Shown: piece after piece, positions 49,266-63,607 of the stretch
How positions within the stretch are numbered: the first letter of the stretch is position 1
How the letters are laid out: the number at the start of each line of letters is the position of its first letter
Assembly: GCA_003971905.1 (NCBI GenBank)
Contig: RSEE01000100.1
Location: 62,001-126,000 of the forward strand
DNA length: 64,000 nt
Origin: Moniliella sp. 'wahieum'
Taxonomy: Eukaryota
Reading direction: 5' to 3'
Translations under genes and position numbers: made by a program
The notes under the pieces: generated by a model
Seen by the model: only the letters and a program-made list of their open reading frames with translations
Told to the model about the DNA's origin: nothing
The model's database searches: none

Positions 49266-52200
49266 CCCATGGACGACGTATCTGACGAATCTGATCTTCC
49301 TATGCTCGCTCTCCCTGTGTTTCTATTGGAATTACATTTTATACTACTACTCATTCTAGCACCATCGAATGCTGTGCAATCGTCTTCGAGAGTACTTTTG
49401 TTGCATTGTGATGGGTCAATATGGACTTGTAAAGAATGATACCTACAAATCTCAGATTTACACGGTCGCTCATTGTGATCTTTATTAACTATCGAGTCTA
49501 TACTCTCTCGTTTGTTCATCATCCCTACTTGTGCCCCTATTTCTTTAGGTGGGGGAGTATTTACCTGTCGGTAGAGGGAGATCAGCTTCTCGTTTTTACG
49601 CCATCGAGTACATCCCTGTAAAATTAAACTGCTTCGACGTTTTCGTGAAGGCAGAATCTGATATAAAAGCACTTACAGCGCCCCAGGAAGTGCTATGGCG
49701 TACACGTGTGTGAAAATCTACAATGGAAAGGTGGGTTGCTGGATATGGGGCCATAACGTGCCGGTGCAATGGTGGACAATGGAAAAGTGGAAGTAATAGA
49801 CTCGCGAATCACTTTTAAAATGTCGTCAGCGAGGCCACTTCCGAGGATGCAACTGACCCTGATAATATTATTTTTGTTGCCCCGCTAATCATCTGCGTAC
49901 ACTAGATCTCCAACGGCAAGTTCCAAAGGAAAAAAAAAGATAGATTTATCTAGGGAGATGTTCGGTAAGCAAGCGCGGATAGGAGAACGAGCATTAAGGA
50001 GGGAAAGTGGCAAGCTTGTACGTGTGATATCATTTGGTTGACGTTTCGCTCTAAGGCCGCCATGATCAGAACAATGAGAGGACAGGATAATCAATTATCC
50101 CCAGCTATGGTGCCATCGGGATGCACATGGCGATCGTACTTGTTGTATGTTAGCCTGCGTACTCACCATGAGATCACTAACAAGCATGCCATACCTATTG
50201 GCAAAACGCAGTGTCGGCCTCCTTAGTACCACAGAATGTGTGCACTGAACGTCTATTCGTCTAAGGAGCTTCTGCGACTGACTCATTGAGAAGACTGGTG
50301 CCAGCTGGGAAGGAATGAAAACTAACTCAACGTGACTCATGGTTCGCGCGGTCCTAGTACAGATGTCAACACGCCGTTCATGCGCACGATCAGAAAATAT
50401 CTTCCAACATCTTTACGGGCGTATCCCTAATCAATAATGATTCCTAATTGGCCGACTTGCACTTGCCCCAACTCATTTGATCTAAACGCTGCCATGTTAA
50501 TCATTTTCAAGACTCCATGACGTACCGGGTGCCTGAATATTGGCGTTTAATATGCTCCTGGATTAAGGGCGTGAATACGAGTTGAAACACACCTGCGTAT
50601 ATATATCAACACCGGTGTTTCGTCATCCCATCGTTGGCTTGTTCGCTTAGTCCTATTTGTTGCCCGGATTCCGCCTCTCCGACCTACTAGCTTTGCTTCT
50701 ACGCCCATACCACCGTCACTGGCTCTTTTCAAGTTCCTATTGTTAACCTAAACCGCTGTGACATATGAGGGCGGTGTGTGCGTAAATAGATCATTGGTCC
50801 CATGGGAAAGGAAACGGAGCGACCTTATTTTATGTTTTCTTTCTCCTCCTTCTAACCAACCCCCCCCCCCCCTCTCTCTGCTGTAGACGTGGCTTCACGT
50901 TGCATTCATGCCTTGTCTGACAGATGCATTACCGCCGATCCTCAAAAGCGCAAATGCTAGTTTCCAAGTCGCAATCTAGAGGTTTTGAAGATGCTGTTGG
51001 TGATATTTTGGATAAGGCTCGAAGGCGTTTAAGCAACTTGCCCGTTGTCTGCTGTATAGGCATGCCCTTGCATGCCAAGTCCTATCAAAAGCGTATGTAG
51101 CCGGCTTCAGGTCTCGCATTCAGGTACCACAGACCTCACCCCTTACCCGGGGCACCTTTTGCACGCCAACTTTCGCAAGCACCCATGATTGAGTATCAAT
51201 CGCGAGCATATCTCTCGTATCTCTCTATAATATCACCAGATCACCTTTACTTCGGTCGCTATCGTTATCTCAACCAAACACTCGCCAATCTCCTAGTAGA
51301 CTTGTGAGAGTGTGTCACCGGGCAAATTATCTTCCAGGCTGCGGAGATCCTCCGCGGCCAGTCATGATCGCATATGCTCGATCGGTATACGTTGCGCCCA
51401 TCCTGCTTTACGGCGCAACTTCCTTTCCTCCGTTGGCTCTAGCATTATACGAATTTTATGACTCGCGTTGTTCGTACTAGGTGAACAAGCCACCGTTACC
51501 TGAATTAGCGCAGTCTGTTCTTCAGGCATACAAGCACACACACCGTTTGATTCCGCATTCGGCCGATGCCGCGTTCAATGTGACAACTAGAATCGGCTTA
51601 TACAGCCGCCTCCACTCCCTTGTCATTACTCTCGCTTTCGGCTTCTCACCCTATCTACTGAAGTTCTTTCTCTTTCTCTATCCTGACTCGGATTCTCGGC
51701 CTAACTACAAAACCGACAATAAATCGTCTCTTCTCCGCTCGCGCTCGTCTACTAATCTCAAACACTACATTTGGGGTTCGACCCGGTTTCTCGCCTCGTT
51801 TCCCGTCTCGGGTCCGCGTGCCCTTAACCCTCGCCTCATCTTTCATATTGTGCCTTTCGTGCTTAGTCCTCACTTCTTCCCCTTGACTTGTTTCCCCTTT
51901 CATTCGCTGTGAATCAGTTGGTCTTTCCTTGCTCCCCTTCTTTTCTATGAAGCCTGCCTGTTCTTAGATGCAAGTGTGATGGCCCAAAAGGCTAACCATT
52001 TCCCCCTCGCCCTTCTTCTAGGTGAACTCCACTCTAGAGGAACCACCTTTCCGATTAGCTCGCTTGCCTTCCCTTGCCCATCGGACCTCTCCACTTTCTC
52101 GTCCGGCCCCTTCCGCGCAACCTCCTTGCAGATGCTGTCTGGCTCTGCCCGACGAACAGCAAAGCAGTACTCGCGACCCTCCTACGTTCACACCGCTGTG

Positions 52201-52613
52201 CCTCCGACTTTGGATATAAGACGCGTTCAGTCACTCCGTGGGTCTTGTCTCCGATGAACAGGGAAGGTCTCCGCCTGGGAAGCCAGCAACCCCCCGTTAC
52301 ACCCGTGCGCTACCCGGAAATACCTGGACCCTTCAACTCTTTTGAGAACCTACGCATCACACTGCTCAGGCCTTGATGGAGAGTCTGATGTCGGAAATGT
52401 AGCCCTTCGTAGGCAGCCACTCAACTACTGGAGAGGGTCTCCCTCAGCTCTAGCACATTCGCTCGGTCGGCCAGGATCTAAAGCCGGACATATCGTGTTA
52501 GTCATCCCTCCCGGTCTTACATGCCAGTCAAAACCAAGAGAATATAGTAAAGTCACGAAGGAGTATACGGCCTAGAACATCACATGAATTTGTTGCGACA
52601 AGACGGCAGGAAT

Positions 52614-53715
52614 TGTCACGGGCCAAGGCGGGATGGCAAGCCCAGCGGCGCCGGCGTGCGCCCTTCGCCATCCTAACCCCGTCCCGGTTGGTCAATGGTT
52701 CGGATCCGACTCGATCCGATCGGCAAGCTGAGACCTGTCTGCTCTATCCGATCAAAGAGCTCGCTCCCAAGTTTAATCCAGTTCCATCGCGGCTGGCTCG
52801 ACCGCCAGCGCGATTATCGAGTCTACTACGTATCCAGCGACAATAGTCGCCTTCCGCCTCAGTGAATTGAGAACCTCTCAGTTTCGTCTCTCCCCGCTTC
52901 CCTGTTGTGTTTCTTGCGACGCTAGTCGCCCCTGCTTGTTGATCTTACTTCTCTCAGTGTGTCTGATAGCGACGCTAGTCGCCCCATGCCTGTTTCCCTT
53001 ACCTTCCTGGGCTGCCGCGCGGCAGCTGTCTCCCCTGTTTTAGCCTGTCCCCCGTTCTCCCTCTGTTGCCTTGTTTCCCTTTTAGTCCCCCTGCCTGTTA
53101 GCAATGGTTCGTGGCTTTCCCCCACGGTCCATCTTGTCGCTTGTCCACCTCTTGTCCCCTTCGTCGCCCTTGTCCTCCACCCTTGCCTCCTCGCCTGTTC
53201 ACCCCTTCACCCCCTGCCCGCTTCTCCTCGCCAATTGATTCAGTACAGGCAACTCCTCCCGCTCTTAGTCGCCTTTCGACTCCCGGCGTAGATCGCCAGC
53301 CCTCGTCCTCGTCCTCAGCACTCAGTACTCAGTACTCAGTTCCCCTAGTCCGCGTGAGCCCTCCTCGTGCCACGCCTCGGTCCCGCCCAGTTAAGCCGCG
53401 TGTGATCTGGTTCTTCGCCACGCCGCTCCCAGTCTCAACCCAGCCTCAGTCTAGCAGCATCGGTCCTCTTCTGCCTTCCCTTCCCTGAGCCCGAAGGCTT
53501 CAAACACGCTACTCGCCGCCCAAGCCGGTGCTACGCAGCCTTGCCACACTTGCAGCCGCCTCTGCTATACGCCGAGAGGCTTCTCCTTGTCCCTAGCTCC
53601 CCAGCGGACCCACCAACCAGCCCAAGCGCGTAACTATCGTGAGTCGCCCTTAGGACCCCAAGGATTGTACCCCTTAAACCCTCCGGCGGGCCCCTGGCGG
53701 CGCCCGCCCATGACA
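52614..53715. mobile_element. Solo LTR (1102 bp)
   Basis: Ends TGTCA..TGACA; 5-bp TSD GGAAT (52609-52613, 53716-53720); internal duplication GCGACGCTAGTCGCCCC. Confidence 0.9.
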
Positions 53716-56700
53716 GGAATATACCCGGTCCAATCGTAGTAACCGTCTAAAGGTGGAAAGGGGCTGTGAGGTTTTTGCAGGAGACCAAAACGGGGTGATG
53801 AAATGAAGTCGGCCGACATGAATAAAGAGGAAGAGCCGTAAACGAGTAAGAGACGATGGCCATATGCCAGCAGTCGAATGGAAGAGATTCAAAGGCTCAA
53901 GCTTCATTTGAGCCACAGGTTTTGAAGCACGCTTGAAAGAGAACCGGCCCAGCACTCGGCGGCACCCCGGAATCGGATTGAAGGAAATGTTGCTGCGTTT
54001 AGTGAGCCAGAAGATGGGGAAGCAGGCCATGCCTGAAGCAGCGATCTGTCACAACCCGCAGGTAAGCCTTCTGTACACAGTATACACACGACTGGAGGAT
54101 ACGCACAAAGCAAATCAGAACGCCGAATGCGGTCCAACGGTAATTGAAGGGCATATCCAGAGTCTTGAGGAAATCATCGCCAGTGGCGTACTGACAGTAG
54201 TCACACAAGTCCGTCGCGTTCGGGTTGTAGATCCGGCCGCCGGCCTCAGTAGCCCAAGCGCCAGCGTACTGCCCACATGTTTGTCCTGGCGGGGGAATAA
54301 AGTGGAAGAGTTCAGAGCGGGCACACACAAACTTGTCGATCGTGTAAAATGTTGGCAACCTGGCCTCGGACGTAATGGACGATTGGACTAGCCCAGGACA
54401 CTGCCTTCCAGATCCCAGGAAGGAGACGGCGAGGAATGAAGCTGCAGAGACATGCTCATTAGTCCGGATGAAAGCAGGTCGAGGAATGGAATACTTACAT
54501 CCATTGGCGACAAAGAGAAAGGGAAGGACGAGTGGCACGCCCTGGGACGCAATGGTGGCAGTCGGTGCACTGCAGGCAATCAGGAGGGAGAAGACCAAAG
54601 CATAAACCGACAGAAGAAGCGTCATAAGGTAGAAGTAGCCCGCGCGCCAAGTGGCCTCGGAGTAGAAGCAATGAAGAACGCTGGGAGGAAACTGGAGTAG
54701 GAGTCCATGGTAAGCCTACGGTGTGCAGACCCATAGTAAGAAGAGAGGAAGATAACGTACTAGACTGTGGCAGTCAGGTATAGCGAGTGGGAGAGCGAGC
54801 GCAATCATGCTCACAATGAGCACCCACCAAGCATAAACCTTGCTTTTGTCCTCACGAGCATCAAAAATATCGGTCTGATCGAACCAGCGAGCGAGGATGC
54901 TGTTGACGTAAACCGGGAAAGAAAGCATGATCAAGATGACGAGGAAGGCCGCCCCTTGCATCCCATGCACATTCCACTCCATATGAGCATAGACGGAGGA
55001 ACCGACAAAACCCGTCAGAATGTATCTGTATAAAAGGAAAAAGGGTGTGAGCCAACAGTGAACACAGTGAATCGAATTCGCAGAGATAGGAAACATACGA
55101 GAAAATGAGCGAGTATGTAAAGGAACCGTCGCGGTAAGCATCCTTGTATGACGGATGACCACTTCCCGAATCTGGGTCAAGGCTGGGCAGCGAATTCGCC
55201 GGCCAACTCGAGGTTGACCGCGTCACCGGCGAACTTGCTGCGACGGGCATTCGTTTGTTCGATAATTGCTTCCACCTCGCGTCGTTCAGGGCTGGCGTCC
55301 CATACGAGGACCAGTGACCTGTGGGGTCGCGTGTGGTCGCCGTCAACTCCAGAATATATTCAGCGACGTTGTCATTGGGTCCACAAGGTGCATGAGCACG
55401 CTCGAAATAGGAACGAATCTTGTTGCTGTGCGGGAAGCCATGGCCAAGCCTTCATCTTTGCTGTTGACCACACCCTGGTCACCAATCTGGCCATTATACA
55501 CTACCCGCCCACCCTTTTGGAGAAGAAGACACCGGTCAAATTGCTGGAACAGGTCTTCACTGGGCTGGTGGATGGTGCAAACAATGGCTTGGCCGGACTG
55601 GGCCAAACGGCGGAGCAAGCGACAGATGCTGCAGCGCCTGCCGAGTCCAGGCCACTGGTCGGTTCGTCAAGGAGAGAGCGAGCGAAGGCTTAGCGGCAAG
55701 TTCAACAGCAATTGTCACTCGTTTGCGGCGCTCATGCTCAAACCGGCGCCCGGCTCGCCAATCAATGCATCCTCCAAATCCTCCAGCTCAAGAAGACGCA
55801 AGATCTCGTCCACGTCGCGCATCTTTTGAGCATGCGGAACGGAGTGTGGCTGCCGCAGCACGGCCGAGAAACGCAATTGCTTCCCTCACCGTCTGAGTCG
55901 GGAGATGGATGTCATCCTGCATCACGAACCCAACGTCTTTCCAAAGGAGGCAGGCAATGGACCCCGTCAACCTCCACATTCCCTTCCAGTTTCCCAAAGT
56001 TGATCCGTCGGGCAATAGCGTTCATCGCTGTGGTCTTTCCAGCACCCGAAGACCCCATCACGTCACAAAGATCGCGTTAGCTTTCCGTTCCATATAAAAT
56101 GTGGGCACGTATGGGCACAAGAGAAATACGCACAAGCAATCATTTCTCCAGGCAGCGCCAAGCCAGAAACTTGATGCAATAGTTCCCTTCCATTGTCAAG
56201 CGTGAGGTTGAGGCCGCGCCAAGACAGAACAGGATGGTCGTCGAAGTTCGTCTTCGGAGAAGGCATAGATTCAGGGTCGTGCACAGGTGAGGGACACTGG
56301 GTCGGCACCCGTGTACTGTCGTTATCGAAATGGAAGACGAGTCCTTCTCGTCCTTCTCCGAAAGTTTCGGCGTAGCGCGGCGAATGGCCTGCTTGGCCCG
56401 TTTAGTACGGGCAAAGACAGTGACTGAGACTCCGCTTCCCCAAGATATCGTCTCGGAGGCAACAAGATTGACCAACATATATGCGGAGAATGCACAAGAA
56501 ATCCCAATGGCTCGTCCAAGATTGTTCATTTTAACCATAAGCCGCCTGTATGTAGCTTTTACCCGGCACCACAATCTCCCCCGGTCGACTGCCAGCCAAG
56601 AGACAGGTCTGATACCGAGCGTCACGGAGCTCTGAGAAGGGGCAATGTCAGCGGGCACGCAGGGAATATTTTCCCGGAAGTTGTTGGCCATCAAAGCTTC

Positions 56701-59070
56701 AGAATGTATGCCACATTGCCGACGTATGACAACCACAACCCAACCATCTCACGGCGCGGCTGGATGTAGCCACTGAATGAAGACGACGTTACGTCAACGC
56801 GCACCATCTGATTTAGAAGAGTTAGTCCCAAATTCTGAGAATGACGCAACGGAGCATAAGGATCCAGATACTTACCGGATGGCCTCGCTGAAGCCAGGAG
56901 ATAAGCACAACAAGCACGTACATTTGCATGAGTGTGTAGGTGCCAAAGAAAGTCAAAAGCCAAAAGAGTGCCATGCCTCGCCTGTTACGCGCAGATGAGA
57001 CATGAAGTACAGCATAACTAGGGCACGAAAGAATTAGTACGCAACACGCGTTAGTGGTTAACAGATGAGGGCAACCAACGTACTGCAAAACGGGTAGGGG
57101 TAACGAGCAGGAAGATGTAAAGCACATCGGTGATGGCACGGGCAATGACGGTAGCAGAGGGTCGTGCGAATCCAAAACGTTTGTGGCGGTCGAGAATGGT
57201 GCGACCTTTGACGGCAACCCAAACTTCTGAGAGAATTGACCATCCGACAAGACCGAGGAGGAAGGCAAGGGAACTTGTAGCGATGAATGCGCCTTCCGAA
57301 TCGTTTTTCGCATTCAGAAGAGCGACCCAATATATAGGGGCACGATTGTAGCGGTGAGAATCTGTACTAACAAGTCCCACCGGTTGGCCCACTTCAGTAG
57401 CAGCTCACGGCGAATCACCGCGTCAACTTGCTTCCAAAATGGGACGGTAAAGTTGCTGGTCTTGCGCACCCGTTGTTCTTCTCACTACGCACATGTTTCT
57501 TGAGTCCATCGCTTCTTGCATCTGTCCTGCTGCAATCGCACTGAGGTAGTCTGCATGCTGACCCTGGAGCTGGGATAGAGCGGACTAGCAACCCAGGCAG
57601 CCTCACGCGACGCTGCATCATGCGGCACGCGTCTTTCAAACCCATACCGTACGATCGTCTGCTGCGGATCCGTGACAGCAGTAACAAAATCATACGTAGT
57701 TTGGCGTGGACCGGCGTAGTAGCCCAAGTCGGTAAAGTATTGGCGCACTGGTCGCGGGGACCGTAATAAATAAACGCGTCCTTTGTCCATGACAGCAACC
57801 ATGTCGAACTGGGCAAGGATAGTTTCACTCACCTGGTACAAGGTGGCAAGGATAGTGCGCTGCGACACATCGGCAAACAAGCGAAGCGAACGGGCATAGT
57901 CCAGCGCCGTGGAGGCATCCAGGCCACGGGTGGTGTTGTCGTTGGCTTGAACCGCAGCACGGGTGATCATCGACTCGGCGATGGTCACTCGCTTCCTTTC
58001 ACCCCAGAGATCCCACGCACCGTCTCGCTCCCAACGATGGTGTCTCGAACGTGGGCATCCCGAACATATCCAGGTAGACGTTGACCAGTTGTTCGATAAA
58101 CTCTTCCCGTGTCTGGCCCCACGGGTGGTAGACCGGGGCACCTTGCACCGCAGAGCGAACGAAGCGTCTCGGCTACGGAAAGTTTGGCAAAGTGATCATC
58201 CTCTTCACCCAGAAAAACGACCTATGTTACCAGAATGGCTGTCAGTACACTGTCACAACAACCCCTCGCGAGGCGAAAAGAGAAACGATAGGAGGCCGAC
58301 GTACCTCGCCACGGAATTTGTTCTGAATCTGCTCGGAGGAGAGCCCACCGTAAGTGACATCGCCTCCGGTGTGACCGAACGATCTAGAGAAGAGTGATGG
58401 CTTTGAGGAAAGTAGTACATCCGGATCCAGGGCTGCCGAGTACGAGAAGCATCTGTCCCGCACGGAGCAGACCTGTGGTGGGGTGGATGATGTTAACCAT
58501 ATCCTGGCTGCCAGGTGTAAGCTTGCGGAGGGGAGGTATGAGGGTCGACAGGATGTTCCAAGGATCCTTCCAGACCGTGTTCCACATCGCGATGGGCGTC
58601 GTCTTGACTAACACGCCCCCGGCAACAGCCTTAGGGGGCGGAAACGCTCAGGTTGGTCCACGCCACGCCCAGCGGCTTGATGTCGGTGGGTGATTGGTGG
58701 CTCTGGCTAGCAGAAAGTTGCGAAGATTGAAGCCGTCCTCTTTGTCGTTTCATCTCCCAGTTCAGCGTCAGGGTTTAAGCCTCATGGCAGAGAGTTTGAG
58801 CAACGCGCGTCCCTCCTGCTCGGCCTCAACTTCTCAATCTGACGGCGTGCCCGAGAAACATCCACCGCATGAGCAGCCGCTTCGCCCCATGTGCCATCGA
58901 CAGCACTTTCAGTACGCTCGAGCGCCTTTTCACCATCTAGTAGATGTGGAATAGGAACAGCGATTTAGGATAAAAGGTTGGGAATTCACTTGTCTCAAGG
59001 ATATACGAAGTTGGCTGAGCTTGGTGGTTCAAAAGGAAGCGACAGGCGAGTGGGCTTTCTGGATGGTATG
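53716..59070 (-). CDS. Full-size PDR/ABCG multidrug transporter, multi-intron, frameshifted; both ends approximate
   Basis: NBD1 [53 protein letters not shown]2 [48 protein letters not shown]. Confidence 0.92.
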
Positions 59071-60841
59071 CGCTTCAGTATCGGAAGGACAATTGACACT
59101 ATAGTATATACCTTGCCTCAATAATTGACCAAATTTTAATACACGCTTGGCCACCGCGCAAGTGGATAAACGGCGTTAGGCAAGGAGTTAGCTAGTTACC
59201 ACCGCTAGCGCCGTGGTCGACCATCCCATCCACTACCGGGAATCTAGCGTAGTAACTAATACATCTGGGCCTGACGGGAACCACCGAGGTTATAAGGCAA
59301 CGCCGTTCTATGTTCGAGTCCTTTCAGATCTTTCAGACGAGGGCAAGCGCTATAGAGACTGCGTTAGCACCTAAGCCCTGAGTACTAGCCGCGGAAAACC
59401 TTAGGGTTAGTGACCTCAGTTCTCCGTGTAGGGCCCTGTAGTGTGTAGGAAAGTGAGGCTAGCAGAGCATGTTGGGGTACGTGCGGAGCGAACGACAGGT
59501 GAGGACGAGGAGTCGATCCCCCAGAGCACTCAGAATCCAGTTTGTCCGGCGTTAATGCCGGGATAGCTCCGAGCCTCCAATGGGTCAAGGGCCTGTGCAC
59601 GACAGAGAAGAGAAGGTAGAGTCACAGATAAAGCTCTTTTGTAGGCTCCTGACGCAGTAGCCCAATCTTGAGAACAACAAGGAGAGGAGCAAGGAAAAGG
59701 ACGATGCGCGAACGCTATCTGATGGATTCGAGGCGCTCGGTGACACCCAGTTTCGCTTACACCAGCGACTTGGCCGATAGAACCATGCCAAGTGATGGTG
59801 TCATTTCCGACCACACACTCTTAGAACGTATAGACCGCACGCGGTGGCACCCCAGGGTTGGTCGGAGGTGGTTCTCATCCTGGCACACGGGGATTAGTGG
59901 CTATAACAACCGCCTTCGGCTCGGAGTATACGCGAATGAATGCGGCGGGCGAAGCTGTGGGGCCTCTGCCGCCACCGTTTGATTGAAACAACTGGCTCGT
60001 ACAAAAGAGACTCTAGTTGCATGGATCGAAAGGAACACGTGCACCGTTTAGACCACAACGATGTTACGTGCAATGTTATAGAAACGTTTCATCCCAGCCT
60101 TGAAGCCTTTGACGTAGGTTTAGTATAGCCCAGGCAAGGGAGACAAAAGGGTGCTATAGTGCGGCTTGGGAGCACTCATGATCCTACATGGATCAAACTC
60201 AAAAAGCAGTCTCCAGGCAATGCGTGAAGGCAAACGTGGTGAGCCACAAGCCTGCAAGCAACGTTTAAAGGGAAACGGAGACAGAGGGAGAGGATGAGGG
60301 AGATACAAAGCAAGCTCGCTCCAATGTCCAAATTCTGCATCCTGGCATATATATCTCGCTCTCCATTTTCCCATTTGCTCTTTTGTACCTTGGCTGTTTC
60401 TCTGTGGTTTCCTCACATGGTGGTAATGAGAGCACCGCGACTGTCGGCCTCGCTATATTGCCACAGGATGTGAGCACTGAACGTAGTATTGGACTAAAGA
60501 GCTTTTCTGCGATGAGAAGCGTCCAGAAAAGACTGACGCGAGCTCGGAAAGGAATGATGAAAGCGGACTCCGTGACTCAGGCTCGCCCGGCCTAGGACGG
60601 ATGTCAACAGCGACGCCTTTGGAAGCCAGGAGAAGGACGAGCTGCTTCGGCTGCTGGAGCAAGCAGAGGCGCAACAAGCAGCACACGCAAGGTGAACGGG
60701 TCGGTTTAGCCGTAGCGTTCCCTGTGCCAGCCTTATAATAAAGCTTTGCCAATGATATGGATGCAGAATAGAGATGGGATCCGCCAGTCAGTATTTTTGA
60801 CCATTCTGATTCAAAACTATGGGTTGGATTACATTCCGTCT

Positions 60842-60941
60842 GGCGAGATAGCGAAGTGGTCTAACGCGCTGTGTTAAGGAGTCTACTTGGAATCCGCAAC
60901 CGCAGTCCTCCGGGGCGTGGGTTCGAATCCCACTCTCGTCA
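60842..60941 (+). tRNA. tRNA-Leu(AAG) with a 20-nt intron (60880-60899)
   Basis: Acceptor stem GGCGAGA/TCTCGTC; anticodon stem CTGTG/CGCAG; anticodon AAG 60876-60878; long variable arm; GGTTCGAATCC; downstream TTTT. Confidence 0.92.
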
Positions 60942-61518
60942 CTTTTGTATCTCTTTCGAAGAAAAGGCATTTTTACTGTTCCATTGCACGCCCTCTCATT
61001 TGGAGTGGAACAGTGCCCATCCGTGTGATGGCATCTCCCGGGGGCGCAATCGTTGCTCTGATTCTTTTAAAGGGGAGAAACTCATGTTTTGGGGGGCAAA
61101 AGCAAAAAAGGAGAGAAGTCAACGCAGTGTTTGTAGTGCATCGCGGCATCAAGTGGAGCAGTCGTAATGGGAAGCACTGAATCTTCTGTGGCACCTGTCA
61201 CAGTCGGGGCTAAGACGAGGGAGATCAGGATCGGACTAGGCCAAGGGGTGTGGCAATCGTTCGTGGGGAAGAAGCAAGAACAGAACATGGTGCGAAGTGG
61301 AAGGAACAGGGAAGGAGCGAGGCGCTCGAGACGAAGAAATTGGAAATGGGATGAGCGAGATCAGCCAAACTATGACAGCACCACCAACTCATTTGCATCT
61401 GTGCTGTGGCCATCAGTTTCGAAAGCCTAGGTGCATCATAATATAAAAAGTTGACCGTCAGCAGTGTGTCTAAGCCTATATATATTGGCTTGGAGCTGGC
61501 AGATCTGCATGCGCACGC

Positions 61519-62189
61519 TGTTATGGGGCGCTCGGTCATCTCTCCGGACACGAGCCCCGCATGTCGTAGAACCCTCATCGACGCACACGCCATTCCCACG
61601 ACACTTGTGAGTAAGAGCCAGCGCGGACCACTTGTCGCGGACGTTTCCCGCGGAGAGCCAGGAGAGGACCGGACTTACGGTACGAAGCTTCGTATCCGCG
61701 GCATCCAGTCTTGATAGAACTCCTATCGACTGCCGCCCACAGGATCGCAGTCTGGGCAGAACAGGCCGCCTTTTTTACGACTGTAGATTCCCTTCCTTCT
61801 GTTGATGCCTGTTCCGATGTTACGATATATAAGCAGCCCGGCCGGAGGCTTGCTGGCGGTGATCCTCACCGCCCAACCCCTACGTCAACCCCCACGTCAA
61901 TCCCGTCTATACTCCCGACTTCCCTCTTCACTCTTCACCCTTACACACTTACGAATTTACGACTTACGTCGAGCACTCTGCAAGTCGCGGTTACTATCAG
62001 TAGCACTTGCTTTTCTTTAGGACTCTGTTGCTCCGCCAACTATAGCGTACCAAGTGTGGTAACGCCGCGAGGAACGGAGTAATTCCGGAGATCCTCTACA
62101 CCTGCTAGGTTCAACCAGGATCTGAAACAGGACCTAAGGACGTCTAATGCCATGTCCAACGGCTTTTACCCCGGGCTCGCCCCATGACA
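61519..62189. mobile_element. Solo LTR (671 bp)
   Basis: Terminal inverted repeat TGTTATGGGGCG..CGCCCCATGACA (11/12 match); 5-bp TSD CACGC on both sides; TATA-like ATATAAG ~61826. Confidence 0.88.
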
Positions 62190-63050
62190 CACGCGACCAA
62201 TCCGCTTCCCAATCTAGGCCGGTCGAGCCCGCACCATCGCTTAAGCCAGATCTTTCTTCCTCTCTGTGTGGGAACATGGGCGAGCACGTATAGGCAAACG
62301 TTTGTTGTTGCTTTGGGCCCAATCCGCTCTCAACGCGTGCAGTGCAAATGGTCAGGATACTCTTCGATTTGCCTGCATGTACAATTGTTCCCCTGCACGC
62401 TACCAGGGCCAAGCCCCTCGTCTCTTTGGCGTGATATTTAGAAAGATTTTTTCGGTCAGGTCAAGATCGCCCTGTCCGTATATATTGAGCAGCAAGCAGT
62501 TCCTTAGTTGCCAAATAGAGCCGAGGCGGGGGGCTGTAGTGGGATGGTTGGTAGCATGACGTCAGCCTTCCACGTTGGCTGTCGTTGGCTGCTTATCGAT
62601 TGACGAGTACAGGGAGGCTCTGCAGGGCACTCTGGACTCTCATCGCTGATCTGACATTAGAGTCTAGCACTGCTTATGTCAGCCGGCACGGCCTACCAGC
62701 GCGAGCAGCCGAACCCAGGACCTCTGCGTACCAATCAACCAATCAACCAACCCAACTCCAGTGCTTCTAGCGGTGCGTCTGCGCGTCTACGCGTCTCCCT
62801 TCGTTTTCGACCACCTGCCCGCCCCAAACAAGGCATGGATGGCGGGCGTGACCCTCACTTTCGTCCAGCCGAAAGAAAGCAGACATCCTCCGAGGCAAGC
62901 ACGCACATTTTGCCTTGCCCTGCCATACCATGCTTGCCCCGATCAAGCGGAGGTTGCCGTTGCTGTGGTATTCCCATGCGCCACTCTGTACTGACCCACC
63001 TGTGACCTTCTGCTGCATCCCCCCCTTGTCGTTGTCCTCCCAGACCCACC

Positions 63051-63568
63051 ATGACCCGCCCCGTTGGTTCCAAAAACAAGCCCAAAAAGGCCTCTACAAA
63101 GGCCTCTACCACCACGAAAAAGGTGAGGCGCGCCAAGAAGGACCGGTCCAAGCCCAAGCGCGCTTTGACGGCCTATGTCTTGTTCTCGCAGCAGACGCGC
63201 AACCAGGTCAAGGAGGACAATCCAGATGCTGGGTTCGGTACGTGTTGATGGCATGTTGGTGGGGGTATGGCAGGTGGGCTGACTTGGCTTTGATCTCATG
63301 GTTGCGGTTGTTGTTATTGTCGGTGTGTTGCTGCTGTTGCTGCTGACGTTGGTGGGGGGTGTTGGATATTGGCGTGGGCACGCTTGTTGGTGGGTGGTGT
63401 GGGTGAGCAGGTGACATTGGCCGCATCCTAGGGCAGATGTGGAAGGACATGGACGAAGAGGGCAAGAAGCGGTTCAGGGACCTGGCTGAGAAGGACAAGC
63501 TGCGGGCCGAACGCGAAATGGCCGAGTGGAAGGCGGCGCAGGCGGCAGCGGCAGAGGACGAGGGGGGG

Positions 63569-63600
<32 letters not shown>

Positions 63601-63607
63601 CGAGTAA
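63051..63607 (+). CDS. Nhp6-like HMG-box protein with acidic tail
   Basis: PKRALTAYVLFSQQTRNQVKEDNPDAGF, intron 63238-63410, GDIGRILGQMWKDMDEEGKKRFRDLAEKDK; poly-Glu tail; TAA 63605-63607. Confidence 0.9.

Noticed and set aside
51303..52600. Possible further solo LTR (TGT..ACA, flanks AGACT/AGACG)
   Set aside because: Imperfect TSD, weak terminal inverted repeat and no second copy in the window
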